NCBI GenBank assembly: GCA_965224085.1
Contig: CBDCYI010000005.1
Coordinates: forward strand, 1,344,001 to 1,408,000
Source: Candidatus Marinacidobacterales bacterium
GTDB lineage: Bacteria > Acidobacteriota > Vicinamibacteria > Marinacidobacterales > SMYC01
DNA: 64,000 bases
Direction of reading: 5' to 3'
The notes below the pieces were generated by a model. The model searched no databases. It was not told where the DNA came from and saw only the letters and a program-made list of their open reading frames with translations. Made by a program: the position numbers and the translations under genes. Positions 55,172 through 64,000 of the stretch are shown here, piece by piece. Every line of letters starts with the position of its first letter. The stretch's first letter is position 1.

Positions 55172-57625
55172 ATGTTGCGGAGATGTCTGCTTTACGTGGT
55201 CGGTTTTGGCCTGGGGCTCGCGTCGGCGAGCGGTCAAACGCTACGTTATCCAACGCTGGGCGGGCAGATCCGCGTGGAGGGTCATCTGCTGCCCGCGGTA
55301 TCGACGGGACCGCTCGACCCCAGCTGGAGCCCCGACGGCGAATGGCTCGCGTTCTCCATGCGCGGTGACATCTGGAAGCTCCCGGCGGAAGGAGGAGAGG
55401 CGGTCGCGCTGACCGAGGCGCCTGGCTATCACTTCGAGCCGGTGTGGAGCCCAGACGGATCCCGCCTGGCCCTCACGGTGGACCTCGACGGCAATCTCGA
55501 TATTGCTCTGGTGCGCGCCGAAGGGGGATCGATCGAACGATTGACGCAGGATCCGCACGTGGATATCCAGCCCGCCTGGAGCCCAGATGGACAGAGCCTT
55601 TACTTCGTCAGCGGCCGGGCAGGGAGCCTGGACATCTACCGTCTCGACCTTGCGAGCGGCGAGAAGATCCCGGTCGTGAGCGGCCAGCGACACGATATTC
55701 AGCCTTCCGTCTCGCCGGACGGGCGGCGCCTCGCCTATATCGCTCCGGTCCAGGGTCGTATGGGAAGCGGCGGCATTTGGGTCAAGCGCTTGCCGGATGG
55801 AGAGCCCGAGCTCTTGCATTACGAGGAGACTAGCTTCCGAGCGAAGCCGACCTGGACACCGAACGGTAGCGCCCTCGTCTACGTTTCGGATGCCGCCGGC
55901 TCGAACGACATTGCCGTCGTTCCCGCGAGCGGTGGCAACTACGTGCGGCTCACGGAGCATCCGATGGATGAGTACGCCCCGGTCGTGAGCCCGGATGGCT
56001 CCCGGATCGCCTTCGTCTCTAACCGAACCGGACCGACACGCCTTCACACGATGGCCGCCGGAGGGGGCGCGGGAGGGGCCTGGAGCCCGGTGCCGATCGA
56101 ATCCCGTCGCCCCCGAGTTGCGCACGGACGGCTGCGGGGCGAGGTGCGCAGAGCGGACGGAGCGGTCACGCCGGGACGGATCCTGCTTCTCGCGAGCGAC
56201 GGGCGGGCCTACGCGCCCGACGAAGGCTTTCATCGGGTGAGCTCGGTGAACGAGATCCACTATTTCCACACGCGGGACGCCTTCGAAGTGGAGCTCCCCG
56301 CCGGCGAGGTGAGCGTCGAGGTCGTGCGCGGCTTCGAGTATCAGCCACGGCCGGTTCGGGTCGACGTCCCCGTGGGAGGCACGGCCGACGTCGTGCTCAC
56401 GCTCGAGCGGCTCGTCGACGCTCCGGCGAGAGGCTGGTTCTCGGGAGACAACCACGTGCACGATCTCCACCAGGGACGATTCGGTCTCACCCAGGAGGAT
56501 TTCTTCTACCAGCTCGTCGCCGACGACCTGCACGTCGCGAATGCTCTCATCCACATGGACGGCACCAAGCTGATGGGACGGTGGAGCGATCTGACCGGGG
56601 AGCCCTTTCGGCTGTCCAATGACGATTACATTCTGTTCTACACCCAGGAGTTCAGGGGCTCCTTCGGCCACGTGGGTCTTCTGGGTGTCCAGCGTTTCAT
56701 CATGCCGCTCATCGGTGGGACGCGGGGGACACCCTACGCCGCGGACGTGTTGAAGGTTCGCTATCTCGACGAGGTGCGCTCTCAGGGTGGTATCGGGGGT
56801 TTTCTCCATCCCTATAACGGCTCGGTGGATACGCCGGAGCAGGCGGCCTCCTCCGACATCCCTCTGCACGTCGCGCTCGGCAAAGGGGATTTCTTCGACG
56901 TCGTCTGTATCGCGTCTGACGAGCTCTCGTCCGCGAAAATGTATTACCGCTTTCTGAACAGCGGCTTCCGCATTCCCGCGACCGGCGGGACGGACAATTT
57001 CAGCAACGTGTGGCGCGACCCGTCCGGCGGAACGGCCCGCACGTACGCGCACCTGGACGGAAAGCTCGGATATCGCGAGTGGCTTTCTGCCGTGAAAGCC
57101 GGGCGCACCTTCGCGACCAACGGCCCACTGCTGTTGTTCGAGGTGGAAGGGAAAGGCCCGGGTGAGGAGATCCGCTTGAAGCCGGGGGATCCCTCTGGTC
57201 TGAGCGTCAAGGCGGAGCTCGTCTCGATTGTACCAATCGACAAGCTCGAGATCCTGGTCAACGGGGAAGTCGTCGAGACCTCGCGACCGAGCGGTGACGG
57301 CACGCGCATGGAGGTTTCCGTCTCGGTCGACGTTCCGGGAAGCGGCTGGGTCGCGGCGCGGGTCATCGGGTCGAAGCACCGCTACGTGGGCGATAACTAT
57401 CCCTTCGCCCAGACCTCTCCGGTCTACGTCGAGCGCGAAGGTGCGCCCTTCGCGTCGGCCGAAGACGCCCGCTTTCTGCTCGAGGTGGTGAACGAGCTGT
57501 GGCGTCGCGTGGAGACCCGGGACGCCTGGCGCAGCGCAACCGAAAAGGAGACTTACCTTCGGGCGGTAGAGGAAGCGCGTTCGGCGTACCAGCGCGCCAT
57601 CGATATTGCAGAGGGTACCCAATAA
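55172..57625 (+). CDS. PD40/TolB-like propeller fused to a CehA/McbA-like PHP metallohydrolase
   Basis: Repeated P.WSPDG; GWFSGDNHVH, GH, HP, GGTD, ARTY and GRTFATNGP. Confidence 0.85.
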   Translation: MLRRCLLYVVGFGLGLASASGQTLRYPTLGGQIRVEGHLLPAVSTGPLDPSWSPDGEWLAFSMRGDIWKLPAEGGEAVALTEAPGYHFEPVWSPDGSRLALTVDLDGNLDIALVRAEGGSIERLTQDPHVDIQPAWSPDGQSLYFVSGRAGSLDIYRLDLASGEKIPVVSGQRHDIQPSVSPDGRRLAYIAPVQGRMGSGGIWVKRLPDGEPELLHYEETSFRAKPTWTPNGSALVYVSDAAGSNDIAVVPASGGNYVRLTEHPMDEYAPVVSPDGSRIAFVSNRTGPTRLHTMAAGGGAGGAWSPVPIESRRPRVAHGRLRGEVRRADGAVTPGRILLLASDGRAYAPDEGFHRVSSVNEIHYFHTRDAFEVELPAGEVSVEVVRGFEYQPRPVRVDVPVGGTADVVLTLERLVDAPARGWFSGDNHVHDLHQGRFGLTQEDFFYQLVADDLHVANALIHMDGTKLMGRWSDLTGEPFRLSNDDYILFYTQEFRGSFGHVGLLGVQRFIMPLIGGTRGTPYAADVLKVRYLDEVRSQGGIGGFLHPYNGSVDTPEQAASSDIPLHVALGKGDFFDVVCIASDELSSAKMYYRFLNSGFRIPATGGTDNFSNVWRDPSGGTARTYAHLDGKLGYREWLSAVKAGRTFATNGPLLLFEVEGKGPGEEIRLKPGDPSGLSVKAELVSIVPIDKLEILVNGEVVETSRPSGDGTRMEVSVSVDVPGSGWVAARVIGSKHRYVGDNYPFAQTSPVYVEREGAPFASAEDARFLLEVVNELWRRVETRDAWRSATEKETYLRAVEEARSAYQRAIDIAEGTQ

Positions 57626-57674
57626 AGCCTTGTTCGGGGTACTTTCGACTGACACTCCCGGCCGAAGGCATTTT

Positions 57675-59063
57675 TCATGATATGGATTGATCGGGAACGA
57701 GGCTGAAGCCGAGTCGGGTAGCTTTGCGTCGGAGATTACTCAGGAGGCGTTGCTGGTATTGCCTTTCATAGGCGTCCTGACCGAGCTCAATGAACTCCTC
57801 TCCAGTCGCAAGCATGCGGAAGTAGATGGTCGCTATTTTACGGGCGGTAGCTGTGATGGCCTTTGGAGCACCTCGTCGCGATCGGATTCGTCGATAGAAA
57901 GCGCCGAGCGCGGTTTGGGTATTGCGGACAGCGCACGCGGCGAGGCGAAAGAGTTTTGCAGCACGACTGGAGCTCATTGGGGTGGCCCGGCGAAAGATTC
58001 GACCAGCGGACTCCTTATTATTCGGTGCGAGAGCTAGCCATGAGGTGAAGTGCTTGTCACTTTTCCACGGGCTCATGTCGCAACCGGTTTCTCCTACGAG
58101 CTGCAGAACGGCATAGCTACCTAAGCCGGGAACCCTGGTTAGGTCCACCCCCGTGAGTCCCAATAGAGACTCAGCGAGCGGAAAGCGCGGCCCGTTGCCG
58201 CTACGCGCTCGCCGTGTCCGTGGTTTCGGCTTAGGCCGAGCGTCCTGAGGCCGGGTCTCCAATTTGGACAGGCATCTCTCGATCCGCTTGTCACAGTCTT
58301 CCATTTTCTCTTGATAGAAATCGTACAACTCCACCGACTGTTGAAGAGCGAAAACATGCTCGCTCCGATAGTTACCTTCTAAGGCTTTCGCGATCGTGGC
58401 CTCATCGTTGTGGCAACGTTCATGCCTCAGTTTTGCTAGGTCACGAGGATCTCGCTCTCCTCTCAAGATCGCTCGGATGATCGCAAGGCCGGTGACTCCG
58501 GTCACGTCGCGCAGGACGTGTTGTAGCTGGAGCCCCATTTGGTTGAGCGCTTTGTGCATATGCTGAATGTGGCGAGCCGCTGACTCCACCAGCGAGCTTC
58601 GTTGGCGGGTGTATGCCCTTAGCTCGCAAATCGCCGATTCCGGCCGAAAGGTTTTTGGGAGTAGCCCGAATGTATGCAGCTGTTGCAGCCACTCCGCATC
58701 CGACACGTCTGACTTGCGCCCAGATACGTTTTTCACTTTGCGAGCATCGACCAGATAGACTTCAAATCCCTCGTCTTCCAACAACTCGTACAGTGGAATC
58801 CAATAAACTCCGGTCGACTCCATCGCCACCGTGCACACGCCGCACGCCTTCAGCCAATTGGCCAGCTCTCGCAGCGAGCATACAAAGCTCTGAAACGTGC
58901 GGACATGTTCGCCCTCAGGAGTGCGCCCCTTCGGGACTGCCGCCACGATTGACTCCGCTCCAATATCAATCCCTGCAGCATCTAGATTTACCGTGTCGAG
59001 CTCGTGCTCCAATTTTTTCCGTCTTGCTTGACGACTGCTTTTTGTCCTGACGCGACGTGCCAT
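57675..59063 (-). CDS. IS110 family transposase/recombinase
   Basis: DEDD residues in GIDIG, AMESTGVYW and KSDVSDA; C-terminal domain with ESAG serine and KAITATARK. Confidence 0.96.
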   Translation of the reverse strand: MARRVRTKSSRQARRKKLEHELDTVNLDAAGIDIGAESIVAAVPKGRTPEGEHVRTFQSFVCSLRELANWLKACGVCTVAMESTGVYWIPLYELLEDEGFEVYLVDARKVKNVSGRKSDVSDAEWLQQLHTFGLLPKTFRPESAICELRAYTRQRSSLVESAARHIQHMHKALNQMGLQLQHVLRDVTGVTGLAIIRAILRGERDPRDLAKLRHERCHNDEATIAKALEGNYRSEHVFALQQSVELYDFYQEKMEDCDKRIERCLSKLETRPQDARPKPKPRTRRARSGNGPRFPLAESLLGLTGVDLTRVPGLGSYAVLQLVGETGCDMSPWKSDKHFTSWLALAPNNKESAGRIFRRATPMSSSRAAKLFRLAACAVRNTQTALGAFYRRIRSRRGAPKAITATARKIATIYFRMLATGEEFIELGQDAYERQYQQRLLSNLRRKATRLGFSLVPDQSIS

Positions 59064-59094
59064 TTCTCGCTCCTTTCGGCGCAACCAGGAGAGA

Positions 59095-59290
59095 GGGGCG
59101 ATTCAAAACATTCTTTCGAACGGGGTCATGCCTCGCGACATGCCACCACGGATACTCCCGCTAACCCTCCAGACCTTGCTGTCAAACGGGCACTGAGCAC
59201 CATCGTACCTTCGGCCTTGACTCCCGGCTGCACTCGATCGGAGTCTACTTCCTCCCACAGATCTCAAAGGGTCAGTCTCCGATTACCTTC
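59095..59290 (-). ncRNA. Candidate IS110 bridge RNA (ends approximate)
   Basis: Two guide-TGGTG-hairpin-CCCGTT-guide modules; the guides match the insertion target and one element end. Confidence 0.75.
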
Positions 59291-59348
59291 GCCCGCCCGG
59301 GCGATGCCATTGCTGTCAAATTGAGCTGGTGACTGACAGAATGGTCCA

Positions 59349-60053
59349 ATGAAGACCGATGCGCCAAGCTACCACGGCTATCGATTTCCACCGGAAATCA
59401 TCAGCCACGCCGTCTGGCTCTACCACCGATTCTGCGTGAGCTTTCGAAACGTCGAAGAGCTGCTTGCTCAGCGAGGCATCACGGTTTCCTACGAAGCGAT
59501 CCGACTTTGGTGCATCAAGTTCGGGCCGGAATACGCTCGGCGACTGAAGCGTCGGCAGGGTCGCCTTGGTGACACGTGGCTCCTGGACGAGGTCTTCATA
59601 AAGATACAAGGCGAACGCCAATACCTCTGGCGCGCGGTAGACCAAGATGGTGATGTGATTGATATCCTCGTCCAGCCTCGCCGTGATCAGAAAGCCGCCA
59701 AACGATTCTTCCGCAAGCTGTTGAAAGGGCAAGGCCGTCCGCCCTGGCAGCTGGTCACCGACAAACTGAGAAGCTACAGCGCCGCTCACCGCGAGGTCAT
59801 GCCGTCCGTCGTCCACGACACTGACCAGTACAGAAACAACCTAGCCGAAGTCTCGCACGAACCGACGCGACAACGGGAACGACAGATGCGGAAGTTTAAA
59901 ACTCCTGGGCAGGCGCAACGATTCTTGACCGTGCATGGACTCGTGCAAAACCTCTTTCGCGTCGGACGGCATTTGTTGCAAGCGCATCATCATCGGGAGC
60001 TACGAGACCGCGCTTTCATCGTCTGGCAGGAGGTAACCTGTGCCGTCCGATGA
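59349..60053 (+). CDS. IS6 family DDE transposase
   Basis: YRFPPEII..AVWLY, LDEVFIKI, YLWRAVDQDG, VTDKL and NN.AE.SH. Confidence 0.96.
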   Translation: MKTDAPSYHGYRFPPEIISHAVWLYHRFCVSFRNVEELLAQRGITVSYEAIRLWCIKFGPEYARRLKRRQGRLGDTWLLDEVFIKIQGERQYLWRAVDQDGDVIDILVQPRRDQKAAKRFFRKLLKGQGRPPWQLVTDKLRSYSAAHREVMPSVVHDTDQYRNNLAEVSHEPTRQRERQMRKFKTPGQAQRFLTVHGLVQNLFRVGRHLLQAHHHRELRDRAFIVWQEVTCAVR

Positions 60054-60185
60054 GAGCAAAGGAAATCAGCTCGACGCAATAGGTTCGCTCGCTCAACGTC
60101 AACTTGACAATACCTGCGATAGCGCGATTTTCGAACTGCCCGGCGCGCGCCGTGATGAATAAAGGGAAGGGACGGGGAGAACACC

Positions 60186-61538
60186 CTACTCGGCGAGGTC
60201 GCGAAGCGTTTCGCGAACGGTCTCGAGGCCGAAGGTCTTTCCCAACGGCATGTCCGCGATCGTCGTCATCACGGACGCCGCCAAGTCGGCCTGGTCGTAC
60301 GGGGGTGGGTCCACGAGTTTGCCGTCGCGCCGAGCAGCCGCGACCTGTTCGAGAAATGCCAGATAGGCGTCCGCTTCGTCTTCGAGCTTGTATTGGGACT
60401 CGACGTGCTCGCGGGCGAAGCGGCCCATCGCGTGTCGAAGCTGCGGCTTCTCGTAGAACAGCTGGAGCGTCCGCGCGATCGCCTCGACTTCGGGGGGGCC
60501 GAGATCGATGCGAGCCACGGTGTGCTCGGGAAATTCGACGAACGGGCCCGTGTTCGAGACGAGGACGGGCTTTCCCATGCCGAGCGTCCGGATGAGCGTC
60601 CCCGACAGCTCGCCCGTCGACGGAAAGCGGAGGTTCACGACGACGTCGCAGGCCAAGATGTACAGATAGAACTTATCCATGGGCTGGCGGCCCGTGAGGA
60701 CGAGCTTGTCGCGGAAAGCTGCGGTGTCGGCGATCGTTTCTAGGTCGTAGCTGCTTTGCACTTCGCCGACGACGAGAAAACGCGCATCGGCACCCGTCTC
60801 CAAGAATCGCTTGAAGCCTAAGAGAGCGCGGTCGATGCGCTTCGAGCGCGCCGCGAGTCCGAAGGCCGCGACCAGGAACGCGTCGTCTGGAAGGCCGAGC
60901 ATGCGTCGCGCTTCCAAAGGGGTGTTGACCGGAAGTGGCGGTGGCGGGGCGTAGTGATGTGGGGCGCGGCCGATGAACTTTCCCACCGGTACCGAGCCGA
61001 AACGCTCTTCCAGCCAGCGCTGCATGAATCTCGTCAGGACCAAAACTCCGTAGCTGCGCTCGACCATCCGCTCGCAAAGGGGAAACTTCGACGTCAGGAG
61101 GTCGCTCCCGAGCGCGGCGGCGATCTGACGGCCGAGCGCGGCGCCTCGTTCGCCATAGGCGCGCTTCATCTCGGATACATAGAGCGCCGCGTCCCCGCGC
61201 TCGACCGACAAGCCGAGAAACAAGTGCTGGAGCACCAGGTCATGAAGCACGACCACACCCGGAAAGCGCAGCGCGGCGTTCAGCGCGTAGCGATGAAACG
61301 CGCTATTGCCGATTTGATAGAGATTGAGGTCAAACGCCTCGCGCGCGGCCACCTCTTCGTACTCGCGCGCATAGTGCCACTCGAAGCTCTCTAGGATTTC
61401 GGGGTTGTCAGGCTCGTAGTCTTCGACGAACAAGTGAATGTCGGCGCCGCCGTTCTGGAGGTACGGAAGAAGCTCCTCGCTATAGTCGGCGATGCCCGTC
61501 CCTTTCGGAGAGAGCGGACTCCAGAAGGCGAGCTTCAT
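60186..61538 (-). CDS. Glycosyltransferase family 4 protein
   Basis: SPLSP..TGIADYS, YQIGNS.FH, VVLHD and NLRFPSTGELSG. Confidence 0.9.
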   Translation of the reverse strand: MKLAFWSPLSPKGTGIADYSEELLPYLQNGGADIHLFVEDYEPDNPEILESFEWHYAREYEEVAAREAFDLNLYQIGNSAFHRYALNAALRFPGVVVLHDLVLQHLFLGLSVERGDAALYVSEMKRAYGERGAALGRQIAAALGSDLLTSKFPLCERMVERSYGVLVLTRFMQRWLEERFGSVPVGKFIGRAPHHYAPPPPLPVNTPLEARRMLGLPDDAFLVAAFGLAARSKRIDRALLGFKRFLETGADARFLVVGEVQSSYDLETIADTAAFRDKLVLTGRQPMDKFYLYILACDVVVNLRFPSTGELSGTLIRTLGMGKPVLVSNTGPFVEFPEHTVARIDLGPPEVEAIARTLQLFYEKPQLRHAMGRFAREHVESQYKLEDEADAYLAFLEQVAAARRDGKLVDPPPYDQADLAASVMTTIADMPLGKTFGLETVRETLRDLAE

Positions 61539-62584
61539 CGGAGCGGCTCGGTCAGCTCGTCGAGGACGTGGTCCCAGTTGATGCCGTCGACGCGAGGCCT
61601 GCCCGCTGCCCCCAAATCGCGGGCTCTGTCGCGGTCGGCGAAGAGTCTATTGACCGCAGCACCGAGCTCCTCCGCGTTGGGCGCCACGACGTAGCCCGAC
61701 TGGCCATCCTCGACGAACTCGAGCGTGCCTCCCGAGTCGTGGCACGTCACGACCGGCTTTCCCGACAAGAAAGCTTCCACCGTGACGTAGCCATAGTCCT
61801 CATCCACCGGCGCGTAGAGCACCGCGAAGGCACCGGCGTATAAATCCAAGAGCTCTTCCTCGGGAACGAAGCCAGCGAGATGCACCCGATCCGTCAAACC
61901 GAGGCGGTCGGCTTGGCGCTCTAGATTCTGAAGCTGTGGGCCGCGCCCGGCGATCACGAGCCGTGCGGGCGGGTCGACGTGGCGAAAGGCTTCGATGAGG
62001 AGGTCGCAACGCTTGAGCGGATCGAGTCGGCCAGCATAAAGAGCGTAGTCGCCGAACGCGCCGCTTCGATATTGTCCCGCATAGTGAGGCGGTGGATATA
62101 AAGGCGTCGATTCGATGCCGTTGAATCGCTCGAGTCGTGCCGAAACGTTTTTCGAGATCGTGCAGATCTTCCGCGATTCTCGAAGCGTCTTGTTGTCCAT
62201 CCCGATGATCGTTTGCCGGATCTCCTGCTCTTCGGAATCGTCGGTGAAGCTGCAATAGGGCGTCCCGTAGAGATCGTAGACCTCCCGGTGCTGATGGAAG
62301 AGCCACGTCGTCTTGACGGGATGTTTCACGAGATAAGACGGGAACTTGGTTGGGATGACCATGTCGATGGGCGCGCCGTTCGACTCGGTGACTTCGGCGA
62401 AGCGCCAAATCAAGGCTTGCTTGACGATGTCCGTGACAGGATACCACTTGAAAGGGATATTGATGACATCGACGACAAAGCCGCGCGCCTTGAGCTGCGC
62501 GGTCAGCTCGCTGACGAGAATCTCGGCGCCGCCTGTAATGAAAGGCGCTTGCACCGAGCACACACAAATGCTTTGCCGGGCCAA
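61535..62584 (-). CDS. Glycosyltransferase family 4 protein
   Basis: GGAE, GRLDPLKR and EDYGYVTVEAF..GKPVV; probable TTG start at 62584. Confidence 0.92.
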   Translation of the reverse strand: MARQSICVCSVQAPFITGGAEILVSELTAQLKARGFVVDVINIPFKWYPVTDIVKQALIWRFAEVTESNGAPIDMVIPTKFPSYLVKHPVKTTWLFHQHREVYDLYGTPYCSFTDDSEEQEIRQTIIGMDNKTLRESRKICTISKNVSARLERFNGIESTPLYPPPHYAGQYRSGAFGDYALYAGRLDPLKRCDLLIEAFRHVDPPARLVIAGRGPQLQNLERQADRLGLTDRVHLAGFVPEEELLDLYAGAFAVLYAPVDEDYGYVTVEAFLSGKPVVTCHDSGGTLEFVEDGQSGYVVAPNAEELGAAVNRLFADRDRARDLGAAGRPRVDGINWDHVLDELTEPLR

Positions 62585-62588
62585 AGGC

Positions 62589-63254
62589 TTAGTCCTGTCC
62601 CGGGCGGGATAGGGCGTCGAGTTTCTCGATGAGCGCCGTGAGCTCTTCGCGTGTCTCTCGGAGCACCGCCTCGACGTGGAGATGGTTGGTCTCCGCGGTC
62701 TCGAAAACGAACTCGATGCGCTCGACGAGGTCATGGACGTGACGCACGAGCTCCTGTTGCAGAATCAAGTGTCGCTCGTCGATCTCTTCCATCCGCTTGC
62801 CGTGCTGGCCCAGGATGTCGTCGTAGTGCCGGCTCACGCGATCGAGCCGCTCATCGACGTATTGCACCATTTCATTGTCGAAGCGCACTTGTGCCGAGTT
62901 CACTTGAACTTGGCGTTCGATGACTGGGCCGAGCGCGAAGCGTACGAGCCGCTGGAGCGGTATGCGGATGGGACCCAGAAGACGACCCATGAGCCCGGGT
63001 GGCGTGTCGCGATACGCGGTGGACACGTCCCAAAGCTCGTTGAGCACCTCGCGCCCTGGTGAGCTGTGCGCCGCGTCTGCTTCTCGAGAGGCTGGGCTCT
63101 CGAGCTTAGGAAGAGCCGATCCTGGTCGAGCATCGCTTTCGTAGCGAGGTAGCTTGGGCCGCGCATCCGGTGTTTTCTCCCGGGAGGCCGCCCGAACGGA
63201 ACCCAACCTTTGCTTCAAATCGGATCGCTGCTGGTCGTCCTCGGCGGAGCTCAC
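62589..63254 (-). CDS. Hypothetical coiled-coil protein heading the glycosyltransferase operon
   Basis: P.IERQVQVN..VRF followed by a heptad-rich C-terminus; ends 4 bp before the glycosyltransferase start. Confidence 0.7.
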   Translation of the reverse strand: MSSAEDDQQRSDLKQRLGSVRAASREKTPDARPKLPRYESDARPGSALPKLESPASREADAAHSSPGREVLNELWDVSTAYRDTPPGLMGRLLGPIRIPLQRLVRFALGPVIERQVQVNSAQVRFDNEMVQYVDERLDRVSRHYDDILGQHGKRMEEIDERHLILQQELVRHVHDLVERIEFVFETAETNHLHVEAVLRETREELTALIEKLDALSRPGQD

Positions 63255-63571
63255 GAGGCAAGTTTCTAACGTCGTCTTGGGAGTGTCAATGAATATGCGC
63301 TAGGGATAGGCACCGTCGGAGCGGCGCCATGGTTGACGTAAAGGGGCTTTACATAAACATGACTAATATTGTATAAATTAAAACTAATTTCGGCAGCGGT
63401 AAAAAGTGGACACAAACTGTAAAGTTTGCCAGCGTTTGGATCCAGACATTCAGAGGCAAGTTTTGCTTAACTAATTACCATGAAAGGAGTTGTCCTTTTT
63501 CTTGCTTTTGGCACGAAACGTGAAGATATGAGCGTGCCAGAGGAGCGCAGAGGAAAGGACAGGCAATAATA
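63255..63571. promoter_or_regulatory. AT-rich divergent promoter region
   Basis: TTTACA..TGTATAAAT on the plus strand (63348-63378); TTGACA on the minus strand near 63289. Confidence 0.5.
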
Positions 63572-64000
63572 ATGAGAGCACCCACTATCGAAGTCCCAGA
63601 ACAAGAACTCCAGCTCGGCAGGGCCAAGGTCGAAGTCGAGAAGCCCGCCCAGGAAGAAGAGCCAGCTTTTGAGCTTGACGTGCTGGGACAATACCTCAAA
63701 GAGACGCACCGCTATCCTCTTCTCTCTCGCGAGGAAGAGCAAAAAGTTTCTCGCGCGATGCGGCGCTCGGAAGCCGTCCTCGAAGAAAAGAAGTCCGGTA
63801 ACGGCCGCCGGGGGGCCCGCAAGGAGTTCGACGAGACCCGCGCGACGATGATCGAGAGCAATCTCCGCCTCGTGGTTTCGATCGCGAAACGCTACAAGAA
63901 CATGGGGATGGAGCTCAGCGACCTCGTCCAGGAAGGCAATATCGGCCTGATGCAGGCGGTCGAGCGATTCGACCCTCGTCGTAACTTGAAGTTCTCGACG
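63572..64000 (+). CDS. sigma70-family factor, RpoD/RpoS-like (runs off the window edge)
   Basis: Manual translation [55 protein letters not shown]; short N-terminus without region 1.1. Confidence 0.93.
   Translation, partial: MRAPTIEVPEQELQLGRAKVEVEKPAQEEEPAFELDVLGQYLKETHRYPLLSREEEQKVSRAMRRSEAVLEEKKSGNGRRGARKEFDETRATMIESNLRLVVSIAKRYKNMGMELSDLVQEGNIGLMQAVERFDPRRNLKFST

Larger units (their letters stand above)
57642..59314 (-). mobile_element. IS110-family element bounded by duplicated CT cores (57642-57643 and 59313-59314)
   Basis: Removing it rebuilds the IS6 left inverted repeat GGTA-CT-GTCAAATTGA; imperfect sub-terminal inverted repeats cggccgaagg and ccttcgcccg. Confidence 0.85.
57638..60114 (+). 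mobile_element. IS6-family element (806 bp once IS110 is removed), left inverted repeat split by IS110
   Basis: Right repeat 60099-60114 reverse-complements to GGTATTGTCAAGTTGA; the rebuilt left repeat matches it at 14 of 16 positions. Confidence 0.88.

Noticed and set aside
55241-57655. 804-aa minus-strand ORF and other long antisense ORFs (53047-54807, 50150-51604, 38742-40142, 1640-2695)
   Set aside because: Shadow frames of well-supported high-GC genes, with no recognisable motifs
57630-60122. 8-bp target-site duplication around IS6
   Set aside because: The flanks ttgttcgg and tgcgatag do not match; none is detectable

Overview
High-GC bacterial window whose gene content (CRTAC1/ASPIC proteins, Oar-type TonB-dependent receptor, DUF885, RDD-MoxR operon) suggests an Acidobacteriota-like organism; this taxonomy is inference. 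Left to right: lgt-lspA; a receiver/low-complexity/degenerate-GGDEF protein; GNAT, enoyl-CoA hydratase, Na+/solute symporter and adenosine deaminase; a 5'-truncated ABC exporter abutting a decayed type IV minor-pilin cluster (fimT fragment, frameshifted pilV, pilX, frameshifted pilY1); a sigma54-preceded RDD-SpoIIM-DUF4129-DUF4350-MoxR-DUF58 operon; an intact housekeeping run (tRNA-Leu, tig, clpP, clpX, lon, engB, rho, rpmE, prfA, prmC, murA); an accessory region with several truncated genes, hydrolases and an M16/TPR/CRTAC1/TonB-receptor locus; nested insertion sequences; glycosyltransferases; and the start of a sigma70 gene. Best finding: an IS110 element (57642-59314) sits inside the left terminal inverted repeat of an IS6 element, flanked by a duplicated CT core. 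Its 5' non-coding region has a two-loop bridge-RNA layout whose first loop spells out the IS6 inverted repeat, which points to an RNA-guided IS110 programmed against IS6 ends. The second loop matches the element's own end in an unexpected geometry. All calls come from reading motifs by eye; no database searches were run.
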